NCBI GenBank assembly: GCA_018985235.1
Contig: JADGIG010000045.1
Location: 1 to 32,145, forward strand
DNA from: Sanchytrium tribonematis
Lineage: Eukaryota
Length of the DNA: 32,145 nucleotides
Direction of reading: 5' to 3'
The notes under the pieces were generated by a model. It made no database searches. It saw nothing but the letters and a program-made list of their open reading frames with translations, and was not told the origin of the DNA. Within the stretch, counting starts at the first letter, position 1, and each line of letters opens with the position of its first letter. Of this stretch, positions 1 through 12,376 are shown piece by piece. A program made the position numbers and the translations under genes.

Positions 1-337
1 CTTTGAATTCTATGAATTTTTTCTCGATATTCACGGAAGCTTTATACTTAATTGAAACTGATCTTATAATATCCTTGTCTGATTTTGGCAAACTTTTCTT
101 AAATTTTTTGAATTCTTTTTCAAGAGCAGATATAGACTCCCCAACTTTCAGAGCCATTTCCTTTTTTAAATCCTGAGAGATTTGCTTTCCGGCATGCTCA
201 TACGCTGCAAATAAACAAAGAGAGAAAAACTTTTCGCTTCTTGGACCTTTTGACAAGTTCTTGATCTTTTCATATGCTTGAGTTACGCTTCTTGACAATT
301 TTACATTTTTCAAGACAAGTTGCTCTTTCTTCGACAT
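1..337 (-). CDS. 5' part of a gene running off the window edge, possibly ORC6-like
   Basis: Not in the ORF track. ATG at 337 opens a stop-free frame to base 1 (MSKKEQLVLKNVKLSRSVTQAYEKIKNLSKGPRSEKFFSLCLFAAYEHAGKQISQDLKKEMALKVGESISALEKEFKKFKKSLPKSDKDIIRSVSIKYK...). The spacing of CLFAA...G.S...FKK.L...IR.V resembles recalled Orc6 N-terminal sequences. Confidence 0.45.
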   Translation of the reverse strand, partial: MSKKEQLVLKNVKLSRSVTQAYEKIKNLSKGPRSEKFFSLCLFAAYEHAGKQISQDLKKEMALKVGESISALEKEFKKFKKSLPKSDKDIIRSVSIKYKASVNIEKKFIEFK

Positions 338-364
338 TTGGAGAAATTTTGTAACAAAAAAACT

Positions 365-991
365 ATGCAGCCTAAAAATTTCGACTTCAATGATTTAATT
401 ATAAGAAGTGCTAAGATATCTTTGACAAGGTGGGGAACTGACAAATATTTCCGACTCTATGATTATATTATCAATTATTTAGTGCTCCAATATCCAAAAA
501 GTAACTTGGTTTTAAGCCTGGGTAAATTGCTACCTGCAATTAATGATGCAAGATATTTGATGCGATTTGGGGGAATCCCAGAAACTCTTTATTACAATTT
601 GTATTCAGCTGACTGGAAAGATTATCTCCAAAATTATCTTATGCTTCTTTATTATCCTTTGGAACATGTCTATTGGCTTTCTGTGAAAAAAGTCTTAAAT
701 ATGTCTGATAGCAAGACAGCTTTCTGTGGTATTTGGATGTGTCGGGTTTGGCTAGCCTATATTGTCGTTGATTTATATAGAAATTATATTTCCTATAAAA
801 AAGGGCCCTTGGATAAGCACAATAAGGCTGACATTTATAGAAATATTGGTGATTTTATCATGTGTGCTCATTGGAGCTCCTATAGGGGATTGATTACAGA
901 TAAAAATTGTAGGCTAGCAGGTATTTTATCTTCTGTGGCCGGAATTTATCAACACTGGATCAAATATGCACCAACCAAGTCTCAAAAGTAA
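365..991 (+). CDS. PEX11: Peroxisomal biogenesis factor 11 (Pex11) family protein
   Basis: Motifs GTDKYFRLYDY, DARYLMRFGG, YYPLEHVYWL and AGILSSVAG. The first ATG (365) is preferred over the track's TTG at 320, which lies inside the opposite-strand gene. Confidence 0.75.
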   Translation: MQPKNFDFNDLIIRSAKISLTRWGTDKYFRLYDYIINYLVLQYPKSNLVLSLGKLLPAINDARYLMRFGGIPETLYYNLYSADWKDYLQNYLMLLYYPLEHVYWLSVKKVLNMSDSKTAFCGIWMCRVWLAYIVVDLYRNYISYKKGPLDKHNKADIYRNIGDFIMCAHWSSYRGLITDKNCRLAGILSSVAGIYQHWIKYAPTKSQK

Positions 992-993
992 AT

Positions 994-2481
994 TTATTGC
1001 ATTCGGAGAATTCCAGCGTTAATAAGGACTCTCAAATTTTTCATTACCTGAGGATTTTTCATGTGCTCTTGAATAGATGAAGGATCGTTTTGCATTTGCT
1101 CTAAAATAACTCTCATGGCTGGATCAGACATAACTCTTTGCACTTCAGGATCACGCGCGGCTTTTTCTTGTACTTCTTTGTCTGTTAAATTTTGTCCACC
1201 CATACCCATATTCGCTTTCATCCGAATTTGTTGGGCTTCAGCCATTTGGGCCTCATTAAATTCACAAGACATTGCAGCGAGGTCAAGAGTCTCTATGGCT
1301 TTAATTCCGTCCTTCATGATAAGTTGTAAAGTAGCTTTTCTCAAATAAGCTTTGGCAAATTTAGTGTCCAATGCAATGCATTTGTCACAATCTTTAATAG
1401 CTTCTGGAAATGCCCCTAGCTTGTGGTAACAAGCGCTTCTGTTTGAGTAAGCTTTAGGATCATTCTCGTCTCTTTTGATTGCTTCAGTATACTCTTTAAC
1501 AGCCTCTGCATATTTTTGGTCTTTAAATAGAGCATTACCACGATCCCTAGCTTCTTGGGATAGTTCTGGACTAAAATACTCTTCCTTCGCACGCTTTTCC
1601 ATTAACTTTTCGACTTCTCGAAGCTTATCCAGAATATCAGGAGTTCTATGTTCGGTGAGCGCTTTTGTGTAAAATTCTTTGGCAAGCGCTAAGTCATCCT
1701 TTTTATAGTAGCAATTACCAATGCGCCCAAATGCACGAGCCATCAATTTGAAATCGGCAAATATTTCTCGTCCTATTTCTACAGCTTTTTTACATACTTG
1801 GATGGCCTCGTCAAATTTTTCTTCTTCATAGAGGACGGCAGACTTGTTAGTCAAGCAAGAAATTTCTTTCTCATCTGATAAGTTGAATGCTTCGTCATAT
1901 AACTTGATAGCCTCAGCAAATTTCTTCTGTTTATAAAAAGAATTTCCCTCGGCTTTAATTTGCTGTACTTTTTCTCGCTTCAATTCTTCCTCTGATTTTT
2001 CAGAAGGCACTTCTTTAACTACTTCTGGAGCTACCTCAGGCTCTGGGACTTTTGCTTCATCCATCTCAACATCTTCAGAATCTGGCTTTTGTGGCATGTC
2101 TCTTTGAAATTGTGCCATCATTTTTTGCAGCAACATTTGCATATTTTGAGTTGGCGTAGGGTTAGTTGGGTCGAGTTTTGCAGCTTCTTGATATGCCTCA
2201 ATAGATTCTTTAAACTTGCCCATTCCTTCGTAAGCTGTTCCTAGTCTGTTAAAACCTTTGCTCCATTGTGGATTTAATTCAGTACATTTTTTGGCATCGT
2301 CTACTGCTTCTTGGAACATTTGGAGATGAGTATAACAAGCACTTCGGTTAGAGTACAACACATGCGTTGGTTCGACATTTATAGCCTCAGTATAAAAGCT
2401 AATAGCATCTTGATAATTCCCTTGCTTAAAGGCAGCGCTTCCCTTTAATTTAAATTCTTCTGCATTTGTCATTTGTGTCAT
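994..2481 (-). CDS. STI1: Hsp70/Hsp90 organising co-chaperone Sti1/HOP
   Basis: TPR1, TPR2A and TPR2B repeats (YSNRSAC, ALTEHRTPD) and a C-terminal DP domain (DPEVQRVMSDPAMRVILEQMQNDP). Confidence 0.95.
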   Translation of the reverse strand: MTQMTNAEEFKLKGSAAFKQGNYQDAISFYTEAINVEPTHVLYSNRSACYTHLQMFQEAVDDAKKCTELNPQWSKGFNRLGTAYEGMGKFKESIEAYQEAAKLDPTNPTPTQNMQMLLQKMMAQFQRDMPQKPDSEDVEMDEAKVPEPEVAPEVVKEVPSEKSEEELKREKVQQIKAEGNSFYKQKKFAEAIKLYDEAFNLSDEKEISCLTNKSAVLYEEEKFDEAIQVCKKAVEIGREIFADFKLMARAFGRIGNCYYKKDDLALAKEFYTKALTEHRTPDILDKLREVEKLMEKRAKEEYFSPELSQEARDRGNALFKDQKYAEAVKEYTEAIKRDENDPKAYSNRSACYHKLGAFPEAIKDCDKCIALDTKFAKAYLRKATLQLIMKDGIKAIETLDLAAMSCEFNEAQMAEAQQIRMKANMGMGGQNLTDKEVQEKAARDPEVQRVMSDPAMRVILEQMQNDPSSIQEHMKNPQVMKNLRVLINAGILRMQ

Positions 2482-2530
2482 TCAAACTGTTACAAAAGGA
2501 GTGAGTCACTTTATTTTAAAACTGATACGT

Positions 2531-2545
2531 AGAAAATTCGAGATA
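2531..2545. promoter_or_regulatory. Possible heat-shock element upstream of STI1
   Basis: aGAAa-aTTCg-aGATa gives two perfect and one imperfect inverted nGAAn units about 50 nt upstream of STI1, a known HSF1 target in other eukaryotes. Confidence 0.3.
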
Positions 2546-2674
2546 AAATTAAATTTTGCACATCCTCTTGACAGCTATTGAATTTTGATAAATAAGCGAT
2601 TTTTTAATTGGCAATGATTTAACACTAAATATTTGAAAATTATATTACAAAAGGGGAATCGTTTGTACTAAAAA

Positions 2675-3577
2675 ATGGACGAAAATTTACAAAATGAATT
2701 TCTGGATTGGCTGATAGAATCTGAAGGCTGTTCAATATCCCCAAAGTTACAGTTTCACGAATTTGAACATGGTAGAGGAATAATTGCTCTAGAGGATATT
2801 ATTGAAAATGAGGAACTATTTTTTATAAACTCAAAATGCTGCATCCGCGGCGAAAATGAAGCAGAGCTAAGACATGATCATAAATGGCTGCCTCTTATGG
2901 TCAGGTTGGCGAATGAACTGTCAAAAGACGAATTTCAACCTTATTTGAAAATATTGCCACAAGTAGATTGCCCAATGATTTGGAATCCAGAGGAACAAGA
3001 AATAGTCGAACTCATTCAGTCAATCGGAATCACCGAGTCTCAGGAATTGTATGACCAATTGTGTGAATATGTTGATATATCCCTGGAAGACTACTATTTT
3101 ATTGGGTGCTTGATCATGGCTTATAGCTTTACATTTGACGAAATTCTCATGATTCCATTTGCAGATATGCTGAATCATCATAGTGATCATAATGCGCAAC
3201 TATTTGAGGTTGAGGACGGATTTGTAATGCGAGCAGTCAAGCCTATTCTCCAGGGTTGTGAGGTTTTTAATACATATGGTGACTATGCAAATATAGATTT
3301 GCTATTGCGATATGGATTTATCGAAGCTGACAATCCTTGGGAGCAGTATTGGCTGGATGACTTTTTAGGATTGACATATTATGAAGAAACTGTTGAGGGA
3401 GACGAGGATAAAGATCCTTTTGATCCTCATTCTGCAGTTTTGGAATATACTCAAACTCTTGAAGACATTTTAGCAGTAGAGCCAAACGAAAGAATTGAGA
3501 AAGTGCAGTATATAGCCAATTCTCACTTGCAATTCTTAATTGACTGGCTAGAGACTGAAAATGCTCCAGAGGAATAA
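2675..3577 (+). CDS. SET-domain protein lysine methyltransferase (SETD6/Rkm4-like)
   Basis: GRGIIALEDI, MIPFADMLNH and EVFNTYG...LLLRYGF motifs of the Rubisco-LSMT/SETD6 class. Confidence 0.85.
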   Translation: MDENLQNEFLDWLIESEGCSISPKLQFHEFEHGRGIIALEDIIENEELFFINSKCCIRGENEAELRHDHKWLPLMVRLANELSKDEFQPYLKILPQVDCPMIWNPEEQEIVELIQSIGITESQELYDQLCEYVDISLEDYYFIGCLIMAYSFTFDEILMIPFADMLNHHSDHNAQLFEVEDGFVMRAVKPILQGCEVFNTYGDYANIDLLLRYGFIEADNPWEQYWLDDFLGLTYYEETVEGDEDKDPFDPHSAVLEYTQTLEDILAVEPNERIEKVQYIANSHLQFLIDWLETENAPEE

Positions 3578-3640
3578 TTTTTTACTTACACAGCGAAATA
3601 AATAAACTTTCAATCCGTTTGATATTTTTTGACACAAAGG

Positions 3641-4400
3641 ATGTCTCGTCGCTATGATTCAAGAACCACAACTTTTTCTCCAGAAGGGAGATTATTTCAA
3701 GTTGAGTATGCTATGGAAGCCATCAACCATGCGGGTACATGTATTGGAATTGTTGGAACAGATGGAGTCGTAATTGCCGCAGAGAAGAAAGTGATTTCGC
3801 CGCTTTTGGAGAATTCGACCGAAAAAATCTATAAATTGACTGACCATATATTATGCGGAGTAGCTGGTATTACTAGTGATGCAAATACTTTAGTGACTAC
3901 AGCTCGGGTCACTGCACAGCGTTATTTGTACACATTTAATCAGGATATGCCTGTGGAACAATTAGTTCAACGACTATGCGATATCAAACAAAGATACACG
4001 CAAAGTGGTGGTATGAGGCCTTTTGGTGTCTCTATCTTATATGCTGGATTTGATGAAAAATATGGATACCAATTATATCATTCTGATCCATCTGGAAACT
4101 ATGCTGGATGGCAAGCAACTTGCATTGGCCAAAATTCTGCAGCTGCAGAATCGCAGTTAAAGCAAGAATACAAGCCTGAGTTAGATCTTGCCGGTGCAGT
4201 AAAGCTTGCTTTTAGTGTGCTATCAAAAACTCTAGATAGTCCGCAATTAAGTAGTGACAAATGTATTATGATTTAATTTAGTGGAAGTCTCTATTATAAA
4301 AAAAATCAATGGTAAAGTGAAAACTAAAATTCTGAATGATGACGAGATTAAGATTTATATTGAGAAATATGGCGCCAAAAAAGAAGATAAAAAAGATTGA
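3641..4400 (+). CDS. PRE9: 20S proteasome subunit alpha-3; join(3641..4262,4282..4400), 246 aa
   Basis: Starts [28 protein letters not shown]. Removing the 19-nt intron restores the C-terminus [42 protein letters not shown]. Confidence 0.93.
4263..4281 (+). other. 19-nt spliceosomal intron (phase 1)
   Basis: gtattatgatttaatttag. Removal creates a T|TG (Leu) codon and an open frame to TGA at 4400. Confidence 0.88.
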
Positions 4401-4427
4401 TTTCAAAAATAAATTCCAAGCCTCAAA

Positions 4428-5387
4428 ATGTCTGTTTTAGAATATATCGAATCTTCAAAATCCATTATTGATGGTGGTAAAGAAACATTAAACAATTTAG
4501 ATAGTAAAACGAAAGAGTGGTCGCGTGTACAAAGGGAATCCACCAATGTTGAACAATTACATAATACGACTTATGAAGCAATCACTTATTTGAGTAAGAC
4601 CCTAAAAGAAATCCATAAAGCGCTTGATTCTCTAACCAAACTGCAGGAGACTAATGCAGTTCAAGTGGGGAGTGAAGCCGCTTTATTATCTGAGCAATTT
4701 AAAGTCATGAATTCAACTTTAGGTTTGGAAAAATATATTACAGAAATCAGTCCAGCTTTTTCTCAAACTGAATTTAGATTTGAAGAAGGAAATTCTGATT
4801 TTGAGGAGGATATCCCACTAGACCTTAGTTATGACTTTCATTCTACTAAGAAAATTGGAGTGCCATTGGACGAGTCAATGTTCGACTTTACTGCAATGCC
4901 TACGAATTCTGTTGCAAATAATAAGTATTCAACGGTTGATAGTATGAAAAACCAAACCACTAATAATAAGAAATTTAATTCCGATACAGTCAAAAAAGCA
5001 AGTAGAGAAAGCTTGGCTGAATTGCCTGCTAGTAAAAATTCCACCATGGTACAAGAAAAAAAAGGTCAATCGTTGGGTCGACCCCAAGATACACCAATCT
5101 CTCCTCCGCCAGTTCAGCAGACCATGTCGCCCCAAGTACCGATTCCTCAACAGATACCACAGCAAATTCCAGTTCCAGCGCCGCCTCAAACCACTCCGAG
5201 CCCTCAAGTTCATATCAAAAAGGCTAGAGTTTTGTATGGTTACAACGCCACTGAGAATGATGAACTGACTATGAAAGCGGGAGAATTTATCGATGTTCTA
5301 AATGAAGATATGGGCGATGGCTGGGCTTTAGGAATCGCCCAAGGAAAAAAAGGTCTTTTCCCAAGATCTTATGTTCAGATGCAATAG
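4428..5387 (+). CDS. SH3-domain adaptor with N-terminal coiled coil and Pro/Gln-rich linker, Abi (WAVE complex)-like
   Basis: Clear C-terminal SH3 (ARVLYGYNATENDEL...DGWALG...GLFPRSYV). The N-terminus (IDGGKETL, TYEAITYLSKTL...LQ) resembles recalled Abi1 N-terminal helices. The SH3 call is firm; the Abi call is tentative. Confidence 0.6.
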   Translation: MSVLEYIESSKSIIDGGKETLNNLDSKTKEWSRVQRESTNVEQLHNTTYEAITYLSKTLKEIHKALDSLTKLQETNAVQVGSEAALLSEQFKVMNSTLGLEKYITEISPAFSQTEFRFEEGNSDFEEDIPLDLSYDFHSTKKIGVPLDESMFDFTAMPTNSVANNKYSTVDSMKNQTTNNKKFNSDTVKKASRESLAELPASKNSTMVQEKKGQSLGRPQDTPISPPPVQQTMSPQVPIPQQIPQQIPVPAPPQTTPSPQVHIKKARVLYGYNATENDELTMKAGEFIDVLNEDMGDGWALGIAQGKKGLFPRSYVQMQ

Positions 5388-5555
5388 TAATAAATGTTTA
5401 TCGACTAAGTTTTAGATCTGCATGTGTAAGCGATCGCAAAGTCAGCAACCTTGGGCAAATTGGTTGCCATTTGGTGAACGCTAATGGTTGGCTAGAAGCG
5501 ACTTCGCCAATCAAATGCATAAAAAGGGTCAACCCAAGTTTTGGACAAAACAACG

Positions 5556-6239
5556 ATGCTTTCGTTTGGTAGTATTCAAAGAAGCGAAAACATAGCAGTC
5601 ATAATACATGGAGGAGCTTGGAGAACAGGCGAACCTGCAGAATACCAGGAAGCCGGTAAAATAATTGATGGAAAATTTGGAAATTGCTTGATTCCAGTAT
5701 ATTCTCTATGTGTTAATAATACCAAATGGGGCGTGCAACTGCAGGATCTTGTTGACTTTTTACATAACCTGCATGTAAAATATGGGAAATCTATCACTAT
5801 TTTTGGACATAGTTGTGGGGCACAATTAGCTCTGTGTTTATTGGCAATGCAGAAAGGAAAAATTATCAACGATTTTTACGGAAAACCCATTGATTATAGA
5901 GACTACCATATTAGCCATATATACTGCTTGGAAGGAATTTACGATATACCAGATCTACTATTAGAATATCCTACTTATTCTGATTTTATAGAGCAGTGCT
6001 TTGGAGTAGAAAGTGAATTATACAAGCAGGTGTCTCCCACATATTTTACAGAGTATTTTGACAACAATGAGGTACTAATTGTTCATTCGAAAAATGATGA
6101 CCTCCTGAGTGGTCGTCAACCTAGAGAATTTGCCTTGAAAATGAAATCGCAAGTATGTTGGATTTCAGGCAAGCACTGGAAATGTTTAGAATCTCGGGAA
6201 TTTATTGATTTAGTTTACAATCACAAAATAAATATGTGA
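5556..6239 (+). CDS. Kynurenine formamidase-like alpha/beta hydrolase (Bna7/AFMID-like)
   Basis: IHGGAW oxyanion motif, GHSCGA nucleophile elbow, EGIYDI and VHSKNDDLL. First in-frame ATG is at 5556. Confidence 0.8.
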   Translation: MLSFGSIQRSENIAVIIHGGAWRTGEPAEYQEAGKIIDGKFGNCLIPVYSLCVNNTKWGVQLQDLVDFLHNLHVKYGKSITIFGHSCGAQLALCLLAMQKGKIINDFYGKPIDYRDYHISHIYCLEGIYDIPDLLLEYPTYSDFIEQCFGVESELYKQVSPTYFTEYFDNNEVLIVHSKNDDLLSGRQPREFALKMKSQVCWISGKHWKCLESREFIDLVYNHKINM

Positions 6240-6277
6240 CTTCAATATTTCATTTTTCCTTGTTTCATTGTATTTGA

Positions 6278-7613
6278 ATGAGCGAAAATCGTCAAGCTTT
6301 ACTTGAACAAAAGAAGCGAAAATTGGCAGATCTCAGGAGACTTCGCCAAAAAAGGTATTCATCCTCAAATATTTCTGCCAATGAAAGTGTTCATAATATT
6401 CTGGAATCAATAGAGCTCCCTAATATGGAAACTGATGAGAATAAAGACAATGATATACCAGAGCCTCTTATTAAAAATCAAACTAATTTGCAAACATCCG
6501 AGTACATTCATTTTCAGATAAAACTAGACAAAATTGTATATGAAAAATCTACTCAAGCACAGGTAGAAGCACCTGAACCTGAGGATATTGAAATGAAATC
6601 AATAAGTGATGAAGGCACGATCAGTCTTTCCCCTGAAGATGAAATGCAAGATGGCAAACAAAATACTTTGCGGCTTGGAAACTCTAATCCTGTACCATTG
6701 GGTGACTTTGTCATGGAAGCCGCAAAGCGAATTGAAAATATAATGAGTATCCAGAACTCAACTAAGCATGTCTATATCTACGATCAAATTGAATTTAAAC
6801 AAGATGATGTGATTTCGTGTCAGTTTTTTAGGAATGACATTGCGTTGACTTGCGAATCTGGAATTTATTTTAGAAACTCAAAAATTTTATTATCAAATGT
6901 CACGTCTTCATTGTGTCATGAATTGATTTATTTAGGGACAGAGTATGGTTCTATACATGTATATGATTCTCGAACTTTACAATTAATTAATATTTTAAAT
7001 TATCACAAGTATCCAATCAAACAAATTGAGTTTAGCAATAATACCCTATTGTCTTTATCGGAGGATGGAGAGTTATTACTGTGGAATATCAAGATGGTTT
7101 CTGAGCCAATTGCAATGATTTCAACAAAGCCAGGAGCCTTGTGTATGGCAAAAATGCACCAGTATATTGTAGGATGCTTAGATGGCATGTACAGCGTTAC
7201 TATGCAAATGAATAATAGACCCCAAATCAATGACTCTAAATTTGAAATTGGAAGTGTTTATTCTTTGAGTGCCATGAATGAATTTGCTTTGACCGCATCA
7301 ACGGATCAAGTAAGTCTATGGCATATTCCGGTAGAATTCTTTAACGTAGACTAAACTGCCACAAATTGTTTCACCGATTAGGTCTTTTTCCATTGATGTT
7401 CCCACTGGAATTCATTGGTTAACAAGAAACAATTTTTTAATAACCAGTACAGATAAAATTTCAATTTACAATCTTCAAGGTTGGATAAACGATGTTAACG
7501 TTGATGTTACTGGGTGTATCGTAAACAGTTCAATTTTAGAGGACAACTTACTGCTATGTACCAATGAAGGCACTGTATATTGGGTAAAATTAAGTGAAGA
7601 TTTTTTTGAATAG
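6278..7613 (+). CDS. Cytoplasmic dynein intermediate chain-like WD40 protein; join(6278..7330,7350..7613), 438 aa
   Basis: N-terminal LEQKKRKLADLRR coiled coil, VYEKSTQ light-chain-binding-like motif and WD40 repeats. The 19-nt intron extends the ORF by 87 codons, ending LLLCTNEGTVYWVKLSEDFFE*. Confidence 0.75.
7331..7349 (+). other. 19-nt spliceosomal intron (phase 0)
   Basis: gtagaattctttaacgtag. Removal opens a stop-free WD40-like exon at 7350-7613. Confidence 0.85.
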
Positions 7614-7694
7614 TGCTTGTGTTCATCTTAGGCGTTGGATTCTAAATTAGATTATTTCAATAAAGTTCAATTTATCCGCTGTTTTAAATATTAG

Positions 7695-9539
<1,845 letters not shown>

Positions 9540-9545
9540 AGATTC

Positions 9546-10034
9546 ATGTTTCATCAACAAAATTCAGCTAGTGGTACATTTACTCGACCAGTAGGTAGCG
9601 GCATAAAGTTTGGAGTCTTGGGATTAATGGGAGGAATAGGAATCAGTGCGTTGGCTAACTCGAAATCAAGAACGTGGTCTCATATTTCTTTGGGGTCCAA
9701 AATGTTTGTTGTGTCGGCAATCGGCTTGATTGGTGCAATATTGGGCTCTGAGTATTCTAGAGATACCACCTCTCCTGGAAGTGCACATTACAAGACTTTG
9801 CCTTCTAACCCTGAGCCCTTGACTATCTCAGAAAGTTTAGAGAAAGCCAAATTCAAAGCGGCAGGAATTGTGTGGGCAAGTACTATTTTAGCCACATTTG
9901 GATACTTAGCTTCTCAAAAAAATATGAAAGTGTCTGAAAAACTTGCACATGGAAGAGTGGTAGCTCAAGCAGTGACTGTCGGCTCTATTGTTGGTTCTTT
10001 GCTGTTGGTTGGGTCTAGTCAAAAAGCGAAATAA
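9546..10034 (+). CDS. HIG1-domain mitochondrial respiratory supercomplex factor (Rcf2-like)
   Basis: Four hydrophobic helices and a C-terminal HIG1 motif, SEKLAHGRVVAQAVTV. Confidence 0.75.
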   Translation: MFHQQNSASGTFTRPVGSGIKFGVLGLMGGIGISALANSKSRTWSHISLGSKMFVVSAIGLIGAILGSEYSRDTTSPGSAHYKTLPSNPEPLTISESLEKAKFKAAGIVWASTILATFGYLASQKNMKVSEKLAHGRVVAQAVTVGSIVGSLLLVGSSQKAK

Positions 10035-10052
10035 AAAATATATCAGCCTAAA

Positions 10053-11135
10053 CTACAAAACTAATAGATTTTTATTCTTGCTTGCTTGTTCGATAATGGA
10101 ATACATGTCAGATTCTAAAAATTCGGACTTTTCAGATGAAATTAAATATATTCGGCAATTATGACTTGCTAAGTTCCATCCAGAACAGATATATTTCTCA
10201 CATTCGAAAAAATTTGTAATACTGCATATTTCCAAAGGTCTGTCTCTTGATTGCATCAATTTAAGACAGGAATGTGTGAAATTTTGAAATACTTCAAATT
10301 GCATTTTTTTAGCAAATAATTCAAATGACAAGTCAGAGTTCCTCAATTTAGTTTTTTGGTATTTAAGCTGTAAAAGCTTATGATTTAAAAATACAAGCGC
10401 TTGATTTCCTTTAACATATAGACCGTATAAAGAATGATTGGCTATTATTGGTTGCGAGTCAACTACAGTTGGAAAATGTTTCGAACATTTATGGTGAACT
10501 TCCATTATACTATCAAATTTATCATGCCTAGAAGATATGTGTACGAAATATACGAGATTCTCAAATGTGACTAAAACGTGAAGTAATTGAGTCCCGAATT
10601 GAACGGGTATCCATCTGTAACCTTCGGATCTTCTGCTTATAAGCATTTGTATAACCAAAATATCAGAGACAGTGAAATTAATTGACTGCCTCTTATATAC
10701 TCCTTTCAGAGTTGCAAAGGTGTTTGCTTGGTGAGTAAACACAAGAGTTGCTAACAGAAATTCATGGCCATGCCTGAGAGACAATTCCATGTCTTTGTTT
10801 TTATAAACAGGAAAGCATTCTAAATTTGCATAAAATCGCAACTGCTGAAAGTACATCGAAGCAGATCCTAGAATATCCTCCGGCTGATTTGGAAAAGATC
10901 TGTTTAAAGCGATACAATAGGTATGTATAATCAAAGCAAATTTTTCGATAATCTCAGTGGAAATATACAGAACATCGTCGATCTCTTTAAAATATATGCA
11001 ACGTGATTCTCCTTTGATCTGCTTTATTTTATTAGAATGGTATATCGAGAATAGCAATGGAACGTCTTTCAACTTTAAAATATCTTCTCCATAATCAAAA
11101 ATTGCTTTACCATCTCGACAAAGTATCAGCTGCAT
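10053..11135 (-). CDS. Tri-longin domain protein of the Mon1/HPS1/Fuzzy family
   Basis: N-terminal LILCRDGKAIF (cf. Mon1 FILSSAGKPIY) and SDILVIQML...WIPV...LHVLV...HISS segment. ATG 11135 avoids overlap with katanin. Confidence 0.5.
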   Translation of the reverse strand: MQLILCRDGKAIFDYGEDILKLKDVPLLFSIYHSNKIKQIKGESRCIYFKEIDDVLYISTEIIEKFALIIHTYCIALNRSFPNQPEDILGSASMYFQQLRFYANLECFPVYKNKDMELSLRHGHEFLLATLVFTHQANTFATLKGVYKRQSINFTVSDILVIQMLISRRSEGYRWIPVQFGTQLLHVLVTFENLVYFVHISSRHDKFDSIMEVHHKCSKHFPTVVDSQPIIANHSLYGLYVKGNQALVFLNHKLLQLKYQKTKLRNSDLSFELFAKKMQFEVFQNFTHSCLKLMQSRDRPLEICSITNFFECEKYICSGWNLASHNCRIYLISSEKSEFLESDMYSIIEQASKNKNLLVL

Positions 11136-11150
11136 TTTGGAGATGTTTGA

Positions 11151-12344
<1,194 letters not shown>

Positions 12345-12376
12345 TAAATTTCAAAGTGACTCTTAATTCTCAAACA

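Noticed and set aside
6235..6241. TGTGACT/GTGACT motif upstream of a few genes (also near 12356 and 22969)
   Set aside because: It is too short and variably spaced to distinguish from chance in this window.
6915..6935. 21-nt gtcatgaattgatttatttag matching the intron 3' consensus, in frame
   Set aside because: Removal would delete the LIYL strand of a WD40 repeat (LIYLGTEYGSIHVYD), and the donor is GTC, so it is probably coding.
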